Assembly: GCA_977017645.1 (NCBI GenBank)
Contig: OZ360230.1
Span: 95,666,001-95,730,000 of the forward strand
From: Torpedo marmorata
Lineage: Eukaryota
Reading direction: 5' to 3'
DNA: 64,000 bases
A program made the position numbers and the translations under genes. The notes beneath the pieces are model-generated. The model did not search any database. It had not been told where the DNA came from and was given only the letters and a program-made list of their open reading frames with translations. Shown one piece after another: positions 52,450-64,000 of this stretch (its first letter is position 1; the number at the start of each line of letters is the position of its first letter).

Positions 52450-54098
52450 TTTACTGAGGAAACTGGCATAGTGTTTAAGGAAGGAAGGGAAACAAGCAGT
52501 AGTGGCATGGAAGATATAGAGATTAAAGACGAGGAGGTGCTTGCTGCCTTACAGCGAGTAAAGGTAGATAAATCCCCCGGGCCTGACATGATATTCCCTC
52601 GGATCTTGAGGGAGACTAGTGTAGAAATTGCAGGGGCCCTGGCAGAAATATTTAAAATGTCCTTAGCCATGGGTGAGGTGCCGGAGGATTGGAGGGTAGC
52701 TCATGTTGTTCCGTTGTTTAAGAAAGGCTCCAAAAGTAAACCAGGAAATTACAGGCCAGTGAGCCTGACGTCAGTTGTAGGTAAATTATTGGATGGTATT
52801 CTGAGTGATCGGGTAAACAAGTATTTGGACAACCAAGGGCTGATTAAGGATAGTCAGCATGGCTTTGTGCGTGGTAGGTCGTGTTTAACGAACCTTATAG
52901 AATTTTTCGAGGAGGTTACCAAGAAAGTAGATGAAGGAAAGGCTGTGGATGTTGTCTACATGGACTTTAGTAAAGCCTTTGACAAGGTCCCATATGGGAG
53001 GTTAGTTCAGAAGGTTCAGACACTAGGTATCCATGGAGAGGTTGTAAACTGGATTCAAAATTGGCTGAATGGGAGAAGACAGAGTGGTAGTGGATGATTG
53101 CTTCTCAGACTGGAGGCCTGTGATTAGTGGTGTGCCTCAGGGATCAGTGCTGGAACCATTGTTGTTTGTTGTCTATATCAATGATCTGGATGCTAATGTG
53201 GTAAATTGGATCAGCAAGTTTGCTGATGACACCAATTTTGAAGGTGTTGTGGACATCGAGGAAAGCTTTCAAAGCTTGCAGAGGGATCTGGACCAACTGG
53301 GAAAATGGCCCAGAAAATGGCAGATGGAATTTAATGCAGACAAGTGTGAGGTGTTGCATTTTGGAAGGACAAACCAAGGTAGGACACTGAGGAGTGCAGA
53401 GGAACAAAGAGATCTGGGAATACAGATACATAATTCCCTGAAAGTGGTGTCACAGGTTGTAAAGAAAGCTTTTGGCATCTTGGCCTTCATAAATCAAAGT
53501 ATTGCGTACAGGAGTTGGGATGTTATGGTGAGGTTGTTTAAGACATTGGTGAGGCCAAATTTGGAGTATTGTGTGGAGTCCTGGTCGCCTAACTACAGGA
53601 AGGATATCAATAAGATTGAAAGAGTGCAGAGACGATTTACTAGGATGTTGCCAGGTTTTCAGGAGTTGAGTTACAGGGAAAGATTAAACAGGTTAGGACT
53701 TTATTCCTTGGAGCGTAGAATGAGGGGAGATTTGATAGAGGTTTACAAAATTATGAGGGGTATTGACAGAGTAAATGTGAGTAGGCTCTTTCCACTTAGA
53801 TTAGGAGAGATAAATACGAGAGGATGTGGCTTTAGGGTGAAAGGGGAAAGGTTTAGGGGGAACATTAGGCGGAACTTCTTCTCTCAGAGAGTGGTGGGAG
53901 TGTGGAACAAGTTGCCATCTGACGTGGTAAATGCGGGCTCACTCTTAAGTTTTAAGAATAAATTGGATAGATACATGGATGGGAGAGGTCTGGAGGGTTA
54001 TGGAATGGGTGCAGGTCAGTGGGACTAGCGGAATGATGTTTCGGCACAGACTAGAAGGGCCGAATGGCCTGTTTTCTGTGCTGTAGTGTTCTATGGCT
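52450..54098 (+). mobile_element. 5'-truncated CR1 LINE (RT, one frameshift)
   Basis: ORFs 52261..53097 and 53069..54028 with FADD motif; CR1 tail. Confidence 0.93.
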
Positions 54099-54171
54099 CT
54101 AAGTAAAGATTTCTTTACTTTGCAATTCTCCATTCAAGAGGGTGTCTGGATGTTCAGCTACAGAATATATT

Positions 54172-54436
54172 TAATTTAATTTTTTAAAATTTAGACATAC
54201 AGCACGGTGACAGGCCATTTTGGCCCACAATTCTGTGCCGCCCAATTTACACCCAATTAACCTACAACCCCGGTACTTTTTGAACAGTGGGAGGAAACCG
54301 GAGCACCCTGAGAAAACCCACGCAGACACGGGGAGAACGTAGAAACTCCTTACAAACAGCGCAGGATTTGAACCCCGATCCCAATCGCTGGCGCTGTAAA
54401 GGCGTTGCACTAACTGCTACGGCAACCGTGCCGCCC
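54172..54436 (-). mobile_element. Young tRNA-derived SINE
   Basis: Highly similar to the copy at 57409-57668; AT-rich tail. Confidence 0.9.
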
Positions 54437-55118
54437 TCAAAGCTGAGATTGGTTTTTTTTTGTATACGGATGGAATTACCTCTGTCTCTAAACTCTCCAC
54501 CACCTCCAGATCTTTATCTTGATCAGTTTTGCTGCAAATTATCTTTGTCTTTATACTCCAATTTAAACTCTATCATTTTCCAACCTCTGTATGAAGGTTA
54601 ATTTAAACGCTGTACTTGCTGCGATCGATTTGAGCCACATCGTTCTTGTCTCTATACTACAATCAGTATACCTCTGCACTGTTGTCTACATACTCTGATC
54701 AGATTAATCCTTGAATTGCTCCTGCTCTTCATCCAAATCATTGTAGTCACTCTGTTGTCCCTCTCATTGTATATGGGTATAATCACCACCTATACCTGAT
54801 GCAAACGTCCAATCAGTTTATCCTCTTCACGAACACATCAGGTTAGTCTCTATGTTGTCCACATACTGCGAACAGTTTAAATTCCTCATAATCCCTGATT
54901 CTATATCCAAGCATGTTTACACTCTAAACTGTCCCTATTCTACATTCTAATCAGTATGGACTTGTAAATTATTTTTGTTTCATTCTTTTAACTTGCATTC
55001 TTCTGTTACTTTCATGAATTTGTCTTTTATTACCAGTTAATTGTTGAATTACATTGATGGATATGGTAATATAATCCAACCTCTTTGGTTTATGATTTCC
55101 GCTTTTGATCTTTGATAG

Positions 55119-55179
55119 ATTGCTGCCTACTTGAGCAGAAGAGATTTTGTGGATCATGGTAGCCATATTGACCCTGTAG
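55119..55179 (+). CDS. SAG: S-arrestin exon (IAAYLSRRDFVDHGSHIDPV)
   Basis: gatag / gtaagt; 61 nt; arrestin YLxxRDF/YxDH motif. Confidence 0.93.
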
Positions 55180-56906
55180 GTAAGTGCGTATCACGTGCAA
55201 TTAATAGTAAATTTTAAATCTTACAAATAACTGTCTATTTTTCCCAACAATAATTCAGCGATTTACTTAGTTTGCAATCTCATCTCTCATTAAGGATGTT
55301 CCCCACAGAAAGTGAGTCTCTCTCCAATTGCAATAGCAGCATCCAATGATGCCTGTGTGGGATGGTATCTTTCACTCTTGAGGGTCTGATTCGTAGAGGC
55401 ATTAATCCAGACTGAGCTGATGTTCCTCAGGAGGGGGGTGGTCATGACCTTGACTGTCTGGCTTTGTGTGGTAGTCTCTCTCAGTTTGGGGGTCCGACTG
55501 TGCGATTATGTTCATTGGTGAATAGTTCTGCCTTAAATTACCCATATTGCATTCTATTGTTGATTAACTGTGAAAAATATTGAGGCCTTGGAGAGAATGG
55601 AGACATAATTTTAAGATGCCAGGCCTGAGAACATAGTGCCCTGGAAAGCAAGTATTGTCCAGCTTAGAGGTGAGAAACATATCATGAGATTTTCAGTTAC
55701 CTTGTGAGAGATTTTGTCAACAAATGGGGAGAAACCTTTACCACTGGCAAGAATGTCAATAGACAGAAGTCATGGATTCAAGGTAATTTGCAAAATACCA
55801 GAGGAGATGCGATCGATTTCATGTGGTGTTGCAATGATCAAATTGAATGCTGCTCAGAACATCACACAAACTTCCCTCCCCTCCATGGACTCCATCTACA
55901 TCTTCCACTGCTGAGGAAAGGTAGCCAAACATACTGGAGGACCCATAACACCCCAGGCGCACTCTCTTCCATCAAGAAGAAGGCTTTGAGTGTGAAAACA
56001 TGCACCAACAGTCTAAAAGACAAGTTTTTTTTCCCCTGCTCCTGAATGAACCCCACAGCAGGGCTATTGTGCAGTCCATGCTTGGTGCTAATTGATCTTT
56101 TGTAACTGTATCCCCTGCAAATTATGCTCCTCTACTTTCTGCAGCTGTATGAATGTTGGAGATAACCTGTTAGACTGCTCACGGAAGAACCCTTCTTGCC
56201 GTATGAGGTGTGAAAAATGATGTGACAACTAAGAGTGGTGGATTTAGATTTCATAAACAACACTTAAAGGGGAATTGGTCTATACCTGGAGCTGTAAAAT
56301 TGTAGGAGTTTGGGATAAAATTAGAGAGGTTTATTTGCTTTTTCCCTCTAAGAACCAGCACAGGCACAGTGGCTGGATGGTCTCCATTGCTGTGCAATTC
56401 TGTGAATGATTGTTTATTGCCTCAGTCTATCGGTATAAGAATCCAGTGGTCAATGTATATAGTTAACACAATTGCTTCATCAAGCTGTTTTTTATGTCAT
56501 AGGTAAATTCAATGTTGTCATCCTTTAGGTCCCTCTCATCCTAATCTGTTACCTGCCCCGTCACACACTCACATATTGTCATCGAACAAAATCAGATAGA
56601 ACTCTTGCTGACGTTTTCTAATTCTGTCAGCGTCTAACACTGTTCTTTCTAGCCACAGACAATTTGTCGACTAGGTATTTGCAAAATGTCCTCCTCTTTT
56701 CTTAAAATATTCATTTTTCGTGCATTTGAATCTTTTTTTCAATAATGCTGCACGGTCTGGAATGAACCATTGAAAGTTATAAGAAATGATTGTATCAGTT
56801 ACAAATGACTAGTTCCAAAGGTTTAACCCAAGTTATAAATTGCTGTTCTGGGGCATATGGCTTGTATGTAAAGTTGGAGTAACCTGACTTCTGCTTTCTC
56901 CTGTAG

Positions 56907-56951
56907 ATGGTGTGCTGTTGGTGGATACCGGTTTTGTGAAGGACCAAAAAG
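56907..56951 (+). CDS. SAG: S-arrestin exon (DGVLLVDTGFVKDQK)
   Basis: tgtag / gtaaga; 45 nt; DGVxLVD motif. Confidence 0.92.
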
Positions 56952-57408
56952 GTAAGATCTTTACCACAAGCATTATGAAAATTTAATTATCAATTATACA
57001 GGTTCTTTAAAATCTTAAAGTCCTCGGTTAAATTTTAGATACAGTAATTCTTGCCACATATATGAAAGTGGAGTGACCAGATTTAGGGTGATTCCTCAAC
57101 TTTAAAGAATTAAACCAGGGAGCACCTCTTTCTGACGAGAGGAGGCAAATAATTAACTCCCTCTTACATCTTTCTTTCATTTTTCATTTTGTGGTGATGT
57201 CGATCTGTTTGACTTGTATTCTTTCTCAACATGAGGAGCTATCTGATGTGGCAAACTTTTATCACCTTGATGCCCTTAGAAATTGGTGGCAGTTCTTCAT
57301 GAAGGAAAACTGCACATAGTACTTGGATAAGTAATTATAAATAGAATTTAGCCTCAAAGACATTTCCCTACTTCTCCATCAGTGACATCCGAAGTTTTAA
57401 ATTTATAT

Positions 57409-57668
57409 ATTTTTTTAAATTTAGATATACAGCACGGTAACAGGCCATTTCGGCCCACGAGTCCGTGCTGCCCAATTTACACCCAAATAACCTGCACCCC
57501 CGGTACGTTTCGAGCGGTGGGAGGAAACTGGAGCCCCCAGGGAAAACCCACGCAGTCACAGGGAGAACGTACAAACTCCTTACAGACAGCACGGGATTCG
57601 AACCCCGGTCCCGATCACTGGCGCTGTAAAGGCGTTGCGCTAAGCCGCTACGCCAACCGTGCCGCCCC
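57409..57668 (-). mobile_element. Young tRNA-derived SINE
   Basis: B box on the minus strand (GGTTCGAATCC); similar to the 54172 copy. Confidence 0.9.
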
Positions 57669-58563
57669 AAATTAATTCCAATTTTATCAGGATTACCCCA
57701 CATGAATAATATAATGTTGAAATTATTGCATTTGTGGCTGTGGTCAGTCATGGTATGAAAACATTTTAAGTCCTTGCACTTGGGTTGAATTTGGATTGGT
57801 CATGGTCAAGGTAGGTTCTAGTTGAAAGTTGATGAATAGGCATTGCTTGTGTTTGAACACTGCATTCATTTAGAATCAGCCCTCTGCTCTATTCCCACAA
57901 TTCTTTCCTTTTCAAGTATTTATTCCCTCTTTAGAAAATAGCTCTTGAATCAAATTCCTCCACACCATCAAACCGTGTATTCTTGTCCATAGAGAAAACT
58001 ACACTAAAACCTCACCTTTCCACTGTTCTTTGAGATTACATTTTAACCCTGTTTCCTCTGATTGCCAACATCCCTGGTAGTGTCCCTTACCAATTTTTGT
58101 CAATGCATCATAGAAAGTATCCTGTTCGATGCATCACAGCGAGGTACAGGAACTGTACTCTCTTTTACCGCAAGAAACTGCGGAGAGTTGTGAATGCAGC
58201 TCAAGCCATCACGAAAACCAACCTCCCCTCCATCGATTCAGTCTTTATCTTCTGTTACCTCATGAAATCTGGCAACAAACTGCACTTTGTGTTTGATTCT
58301 CAGGAAAAAAAAATGTGAACAAATTTCTGTAGCAAAGGCAAACCAATAATCTGAAATAGCAGGGCTTCAGGATAAATTCTGAGTCGCATGTAAGAAATTT
58401 TCAGAAGAATCATGATGAAATGATAATTTCCTCTGATCAGGTTCCCATATCTGAAAGATGCAGCAAAATGCCATGACTTTGATCCTTTATGGAACCAGCT
58501 TTATTTCCAGCACCTGACTCAAATTATTTGTCTCTCTAACTTTCAGCTATACCTTTCTCCAAG

Positions 58564-58760
58564 TTTATTGCAGACTGAAATGTACTTTCCACTATGGACC
58601 TGAAGACATTGAGATGATTGGACAGGCTTTTACAAGGGACCTGTATGTGTCCACAATCCAAGTATACCCTCAAACAGGCGACAAAAGGAAATCACTTACC
58701 AAGATGCAGGAACGCTTAATCAGGAAAATTGGAGACAAAGCTTTGCCTTTCTCCTTTGAG
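58564..58760 (+). CDS. SAG: S-arrestin finger-loop exon (VYCRLKCTFHYGPEDIEMIGQAFTRDLYVSTIQVYP...LPFSFE)
   Basis: ccaag acceptor, gtacat donor; frame joins flanking exons; aligns to human [20 protein letters not shown]... Confidence 0.93.
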
Positions 58761-59185
58761 GTACATTTTGCTTCACTGAGAACATTACCGTCTAAAAGGG
58801 ATATGAATTGTTGTGCATAATGGCAGGTTATGTGGAGAGGTGAGGGATGGGGGTTCAATCTTGTGATCCTATCAAACTGAGCCTCAATAATGGAGGCATG
58901 ACAGAAAATTTTCCCAGGGCAGGTCAGAGAATTCACATCTACTTGAGTTTTATAGAAATTGTACCAACTTATTAATTGACGTGTTTGGAATAAATGCAAT
59001 GGAGAATCCTGGAGAAGACTTTAGCAATAGAGGAGATGTGGTCATTCCTCCTGTGGTTGCAAATGTAGGAGATATAAATAAACGGATGTGTGAGGAATCT
59101 AGTGGAACAAAAAAAAGGTATGCCTTCCATCTATGTGTTATCTATAGTCTGCCATAATTAATATTTCTGTTCTTTCCCTTAACAG

Positions 59186-59245
59186 TTTCCAAACTATCTG
59201 CCCTGCTCTGTTTGTCTTCAGCCTGGTGTCAATGACCCAGACAAG
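59186..59245 (+). CDS. SAG: S-arrestin exon (FPNYLPCSVCLQPGVNDPDK); remaining exons beyond the window
   Basis: aacag / gtaagg; LPCSVxLQP arrestin signature. Confidence 0.95.
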
Positions 59246-59477
59246 GTAAGGTCTCTAACACCTGTCATGATTTTGGGGTGCTGAATGATCGACAGTAGTT
59301 TAACTGCTCCTTATTGATGCCATTAAAATTGCCTTCAATAAAGTTTATCAAAGTTGAAGCTGGTCCAAATTATAGTACTGATTTTAATTTTAATTTCCAG
59401 TTTAGTCTCAATGCTAATATACGCTCCTTAAATGGATTTTGGTTTTGCAGGGTAGGCTGGATTAAGGTGGTTCACAT

Positions 59478-60057
59478 TGTTACAAACTCAAACCAGCAAC
59501 GACAGAAGACGCAATGCAAAAGGGGTAAAATTGAAATTTATATTTATTAAAGACAATTAAACATATAATTTACTAACAATTAACCCCACCATAAATGTCT
59601 ATAAACACTATTCTTATCTAAATAGTGTGTGTAAAGCCCAGACCATTACAGTCTGTGCTCAACCCTCATGTAAAAATGGAAAATCTTCCCCAAAACTCCC
59701 AGGTCAGTCATAAAAATAAAGTCCCAAAATAAAAATAAAAATAAGTCAGTCCCAAAAATACGGTCCACAAAAATCACTCTCTCTGTTCAGGGTCCAAATT
59801 CAGCTCTGTGCGCTGGCACGAAGGACTTCTTAATGAACGTTGGGGAGAGACAATGACTGTTTAAGCTTACAAATGCTTGGCCTGCTTTTCTTCCCTGAAG
59901 GCTTTCCCTTTTGGTAGGTACATGAGGATTGCGATTCCAAATCAGTATACCACTGTTTGAGGTGTATACTTGGATCTCACGGCCTCTCGCTGATCTCAAG
60001 CCTGTTCTTCACGAAAGTTGCTTTATCTCAGGATTTTGCTGATTCAAGAAGTCATGT
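59478..60057 (-). mobile_element. Probable LTR (partial), interrupted by a Gypsy insertion
   Basis: Starts TGTTAC; TTTATT (reverse polyA signal) near the end; abrupt junction at 60058. Confidence 0.45.
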
Positions 60058-61160
60058 TGTAGCGGGCCGAGCGGCTGCGCGGTTAGACGAGCCGAATTGC
60101 CGCACCAGTCGGTCGGCACAAGGTGGCGCGGATCCACCTTCCCTTCTCAGGAGAAGCCCGCATTTAGCGACGCGCGATGCCTAGGGGACGTCACCACGCT
60201 GGGCAGGCAGTGGCTCCACAGCGTGCTGACGTCACTTCCTGGCTCCAACTCATCGGGCTACCGGAAGTGCGTCGTCCCAAGGCAAGCAGCGCGAGCTATT
60301 CAAATAATAAAACACAATGGTTCACTCTCCATCCATGTGGACGTACTTTATTTTGATAGCGCTGCCATTTGCAGCCGCTGCAGTGGTGACCCCGACGGTT
60401 CCAAGGTTTTTGTAACCCACCTCGAGCGCGACGATATGCAGACTGCTGCTACCGCTCCAGTCGCAACGGCTGCGACCAATGCTGTGGGCGTACATTTGCC
60501 GCCCTTCTGGGCCAACCAGCCCAGGACCTGGTTACATCTGGCCAAGTCACAGTTCCAGCTCAGAGACATTGTCTCGGAAGACACCAAGTTCTGGCACGTC
60601 GTCAGCGCCTTGGACGCCGCCACCGCAGCCAAAGTAAGCTCCTTCGTGGAAAATCCTCCAATGGAGCGAAAGTACGAACAATTCCAGCGTCTCCTCCTTG
60701 ACTCCCAAGAGTTCAGCCAGCACGAGCGCGCCATCCGCATCCTAAACATGCAAGGCCTGGGCGATAGAGCCTCCGAGCTCATGCATGAAATGGTGGCTTT
60801 AGCAGACGGGCACACAAACTGTTTCCTGTTCGAGGCCCTGTTCCTCTCCAAGCTACCGGTGCACGTTTCCTCGGCAATATTGAGCATGGATTTCAGCGTC
60901 CCACACCTGGTAGCCAAGGAAGCAGACAGACTTTTCCGCACCCCGCAGCAGAGCTCCATGCACGCGCAACCGATCTACGCCATTGGCACCTCCGGTTCAA
61001 CCCAGGTACCAGGGTTTGCCTCCCCGCTGGGTCCGCCAGCAGTAGCCGCGACCCAACCGCAGCACCACGAGTGCTCAGACAAGCAGAGCGATTACTGTTC
61101 CTACCACCGCAGATGGGGCCATAACGCCTGGCGGTGTGTTTCCCCCTTCTCGTACCCCAA
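60058..61160 (+). mobile_element. Gypsy/Ty3 LTR retrotransposon 5' part: LTR 60058-60382, tRNA-Trp PBS 60384-60397, gag from 60436
   Basis: TGTAGCGG...CCGCTGCA termini; PBS TGGTGACCCCGACG; gag LPPFW..P.TW motif and CxYHxxWGxxAxxC knuckle; interrupted at about 61160. Confidence 0.88.
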
Positions 61161-64000
61161 TACTAAGTATTACGGTGACTTCGATCCAACAATAGTCACC
61201 TGGAGGCTAAGTGAGATACTTTTGTCTTTGACGCGTTTTAATTAATTTACTAACAAAGTCCAATATGTTCAAAACCTTTATTTACACACATGACTTGCAG
61301 TAATCTTCAATACTTCAATATAAACAGTTCTTGAAATGATGTATGAAGAGTTCCTTTAAATGATTCTTTAAACAATTCCAAAAACGATATAAAACACTAA
61401 AATGATGTAAAAAGTTATAAAACGATCTAAAACGGTCAATAAAGATGTGGAGACCTCACTCACCCTCCTAACATCTCATTCCTTTCCTATTTTCTAGAAA
61501 ATTCCCGAATGCTCCGTCCCTAAACCACTGCGCACCCTACACCGCGCATACTACAATTCCCAGACTGCCCCGCGCCCAATGACGTCACTCCACACTGCGC
61601 ATGCACCCGTTGGCACTCCAGCGCATGCACAGAACGGGCCGAGGACGGCCCGACGGGCAATGCGAGCGCTCCACAAGCCGACGAGGCGCCGGAGCGCCGC
61701 AGCAAGGTAAGTACATGAGCCTACGGCTCTTACACCGGCCCCTAATTATTATAATTAGATGCAACGTCTTGAATAATAATTACACTATAAAATTATAATA
61801 ACAATAACCGTAACATTCAAACAATACAAATCTTCTTTCTTCCTTCTTCATAAATCTAGAGTTTACCATTATTCTGATTCAACAAAAGTCTGTAACCTGT
61901 GAAATATACAACAACAAATAAAGTCAGTTTACATTTATCAAAGTTCCTCTTTTGTCAACAAACGGCAGACCTTGTTAATAGGTCTGTTTAGAAAACCAGT
62001 CTTAGCTTTAATTCATACTTGATGCACAAGTCCCCTTTTGTCTTGAAAAGTCTCAATAATTTTTCCAAGTAACCAGGAGTTTCCCGAAGTTGAACCATCC
62101 ATAACAATCACAATGCCTCTTTAAAGTTTTTTATCTCTATAATCTTTGAGTTAAAACATCAACCAGTAAGCTTCAAATCTTCCTCAGATAAAATAGATAC
62201 AGTTTTTCTTTTGAATTTAACACAAGGCACTTCTTCAACATGTCGTTTCACTTTATTTCTTTTTTCAGTATTCCACTTCTCATGTGAAGAATTTAAACTC
62301 TTAGAACTAGAATTTGAATATTTATTTGATCCTTTCGATTTTAAACAGGTCTGTTTAACCACTCTGGTTTCTATTGCTTTTTCCTGCAATTCCAAATCCA
62401 ATTTTGCAACTTTAACAATTCGGTCTCAGTTCTTTCCGAGAAATTAATAATTTGATCTGAAGTCAAAATATCATGTGATACATTGATATTTCCATTGTCA
62501 ATCCTGTTGCGACAAACTTGAATTTTTTTAATTTCTTCATCTTGTTTGTTACATTTCTGCAATGCAATATCACATTCTTTCTGTATTGTTAATTGTTTTG
62601 TGTTATTAACCAATAACTTGTTCTCTTTCAAAACATTAATCTCTTCCTCCAACCTTTTACATTTTGATAATGCTGAATCTCTTTCCTCGATAACTGTATT
62701 CATTTCTTCAGCAGTTATTCTTTTCTTCCGCTTTCTGACTTTGCGAGTTTTACTTACAATTAAATCTTTCTGTTTACTGTTTTCTTGATTATCTAATATT
62801 TCCAATTCCCCTTTCAACATTTTGTTCTCTGAATTCAATTGCATTAAATTATCATTCACATTATTCTTTATTCCATCAGCACAATTTTCTGTGTTTTCCA
62901 GTTTTACATCACATTGTAATCTTTCTTCATTAGCTTTGTCTGTTGTAATCTCTGAACTACAAAATCTACATTCAGATTTGTTTTCAGTCACTTGTTTTAT
63001 TCCTGTATTTGATTCAATTACACATGAATAATCAATGGTATTATTTGCAACATCTTCTAATACTTCACTTTCATCCATTTCTGACGAAATTAATTCCTTC
63101 AATGTTGTTTTAAATACTATTGATTTATTTTCACATTGATCTGTTTTCCTTTCTTCAAAAGTGATTTTCTTATTCACGGTTTTTTGCTCTTCGCTTAACT
63201 CTTCAACTTTCACAACCGAAATTCTATTAATATTTGTCGCTACCTGTTCCTGAGCAATATCATTATTTCTTTCCATTGGTCCATTGATTGTCCAACCAAG
63301 CATGATTTTAACAGCATAAGGTCCATTCCTTTTACTCTCTATTACTTCTTTTGGTACCAAAACCTTTGGCACATCTGAACCAATCAGCATTTCTATCTCA
63401 GAATTAATTTCAGGTAAATAAACCTTCCACAGATAAGCTAAATGATGGATATCCCTTTGATGAGGAATATTTCCTTCATTCACAGGCATAGTCTTCTGAG
63501 TATATACACTTGGAAGATCACAACATTTTTTGTCATCCAATCCAGCAACCTCTAAGCCTGAAACAATGTTAGTTTCAACAACCTTTTCTTGTCCCATGGT
63601 TTTTAACATAATTTTTTATCTTTTTCCTTGAATATTAAGTTTATTCATTAGTCCTTCCGTGCAAAAAGATGCAGTGCTGCCTGGGTCTAAAAATGCATAT
63701 GTTTTAACTATTACATCCCCTTTCTTGGCCTTGACTTGTACAGGCACTATTGAAAGTTTGCCGTTATTCACACCGGCCCCAGTAAGACCACTTGTCTGAA
63801 CCGAGGTTATAACATTATTTTCTGTTGTTTCCTTTGTTTCTGTTTGCTCCTTTTCCAATTCCTTGTTTCTGTTATGGATATGCAAAATTCTAGGATGTTT
63901 CAAATTGCATATGTTACAATTCATTCGCTTCTCGCAGTTTTTACTGATGTGCCCTTTACACAGACAGCTAAAACATATTCCATTTTCCTTTAAGAAAGCA
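61161..64000 (-). mobile_element. BEL/Pao LTR retrotransposon, non-autonomous; 3' LTR about 61161-61734; continues beyond the window
   Basis: Gag Cys-His knuckles; protease AFLDPGSTASF; LGWTINGP; integrase C-tail SWLLGKI...RPINKVC; PPT AGGGGCCGG followed by TGTAAG; no RT motifs. Confidence 0.88.
62500..62940 (-). pseudogene. MIPOL1-like coiled-coil segment fused in frame within the BEL polyprotein
   Basis: RITAEEMNTVIEERDSALSKCKRLEEEI versus recalled human MIPOL1 RITAEEMSALIEERDAALSKCKRLEQEL. Confidence 0.75.

Noticed and set aside
60097-61245. 382-aa ORF as a host gene or domesticated gag
   Set aside because: Begins inside an LTR, has a PBS, and ends in another element's LTR; it is an ordinary interrupted Gypsy gag.

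Overview
Vertebrate genomic DNA, most likely a cartilaginous fish (inferred from the CR1, Penelope and SINE repeat complement; the species cannot be determined). The window holds the 3' 13 coding exons of ATG16L1 (+, 2123-27153, 3'UTR to about 31.0 kb), followed by the 5' part of the rod arrestin gene SAG (+, ATG at 47983, five coding exons to 59245). This is the conserved ATG16L1-SAG synteny. ATG16L1 introns carry the composite C/D-H/ACA scaRNAs SCARNA5/U87 and SCARNA6/U88, a third paralog with decayed C/D boxes but an apparently retained H/ACA module, and possibly a fourth remnant. The rest is transposon-rich: a near-intact full-length CR1 LINE, L1 pieces with TSDs, a Penelope element with inverted pLTRs, Tigger/hAT elements and MITEs, SINEs, and a triple-nested LTR cluster in a SAG intron. 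The most striking observation is a BEL/Pao LTR element whose RT-RNaseH-integrase core is replaced, in frame, by a coiled-coil segment closely resembling host MIPOL1 (apparent gene capture). All homology calls come from recalled sequence, not database searches.
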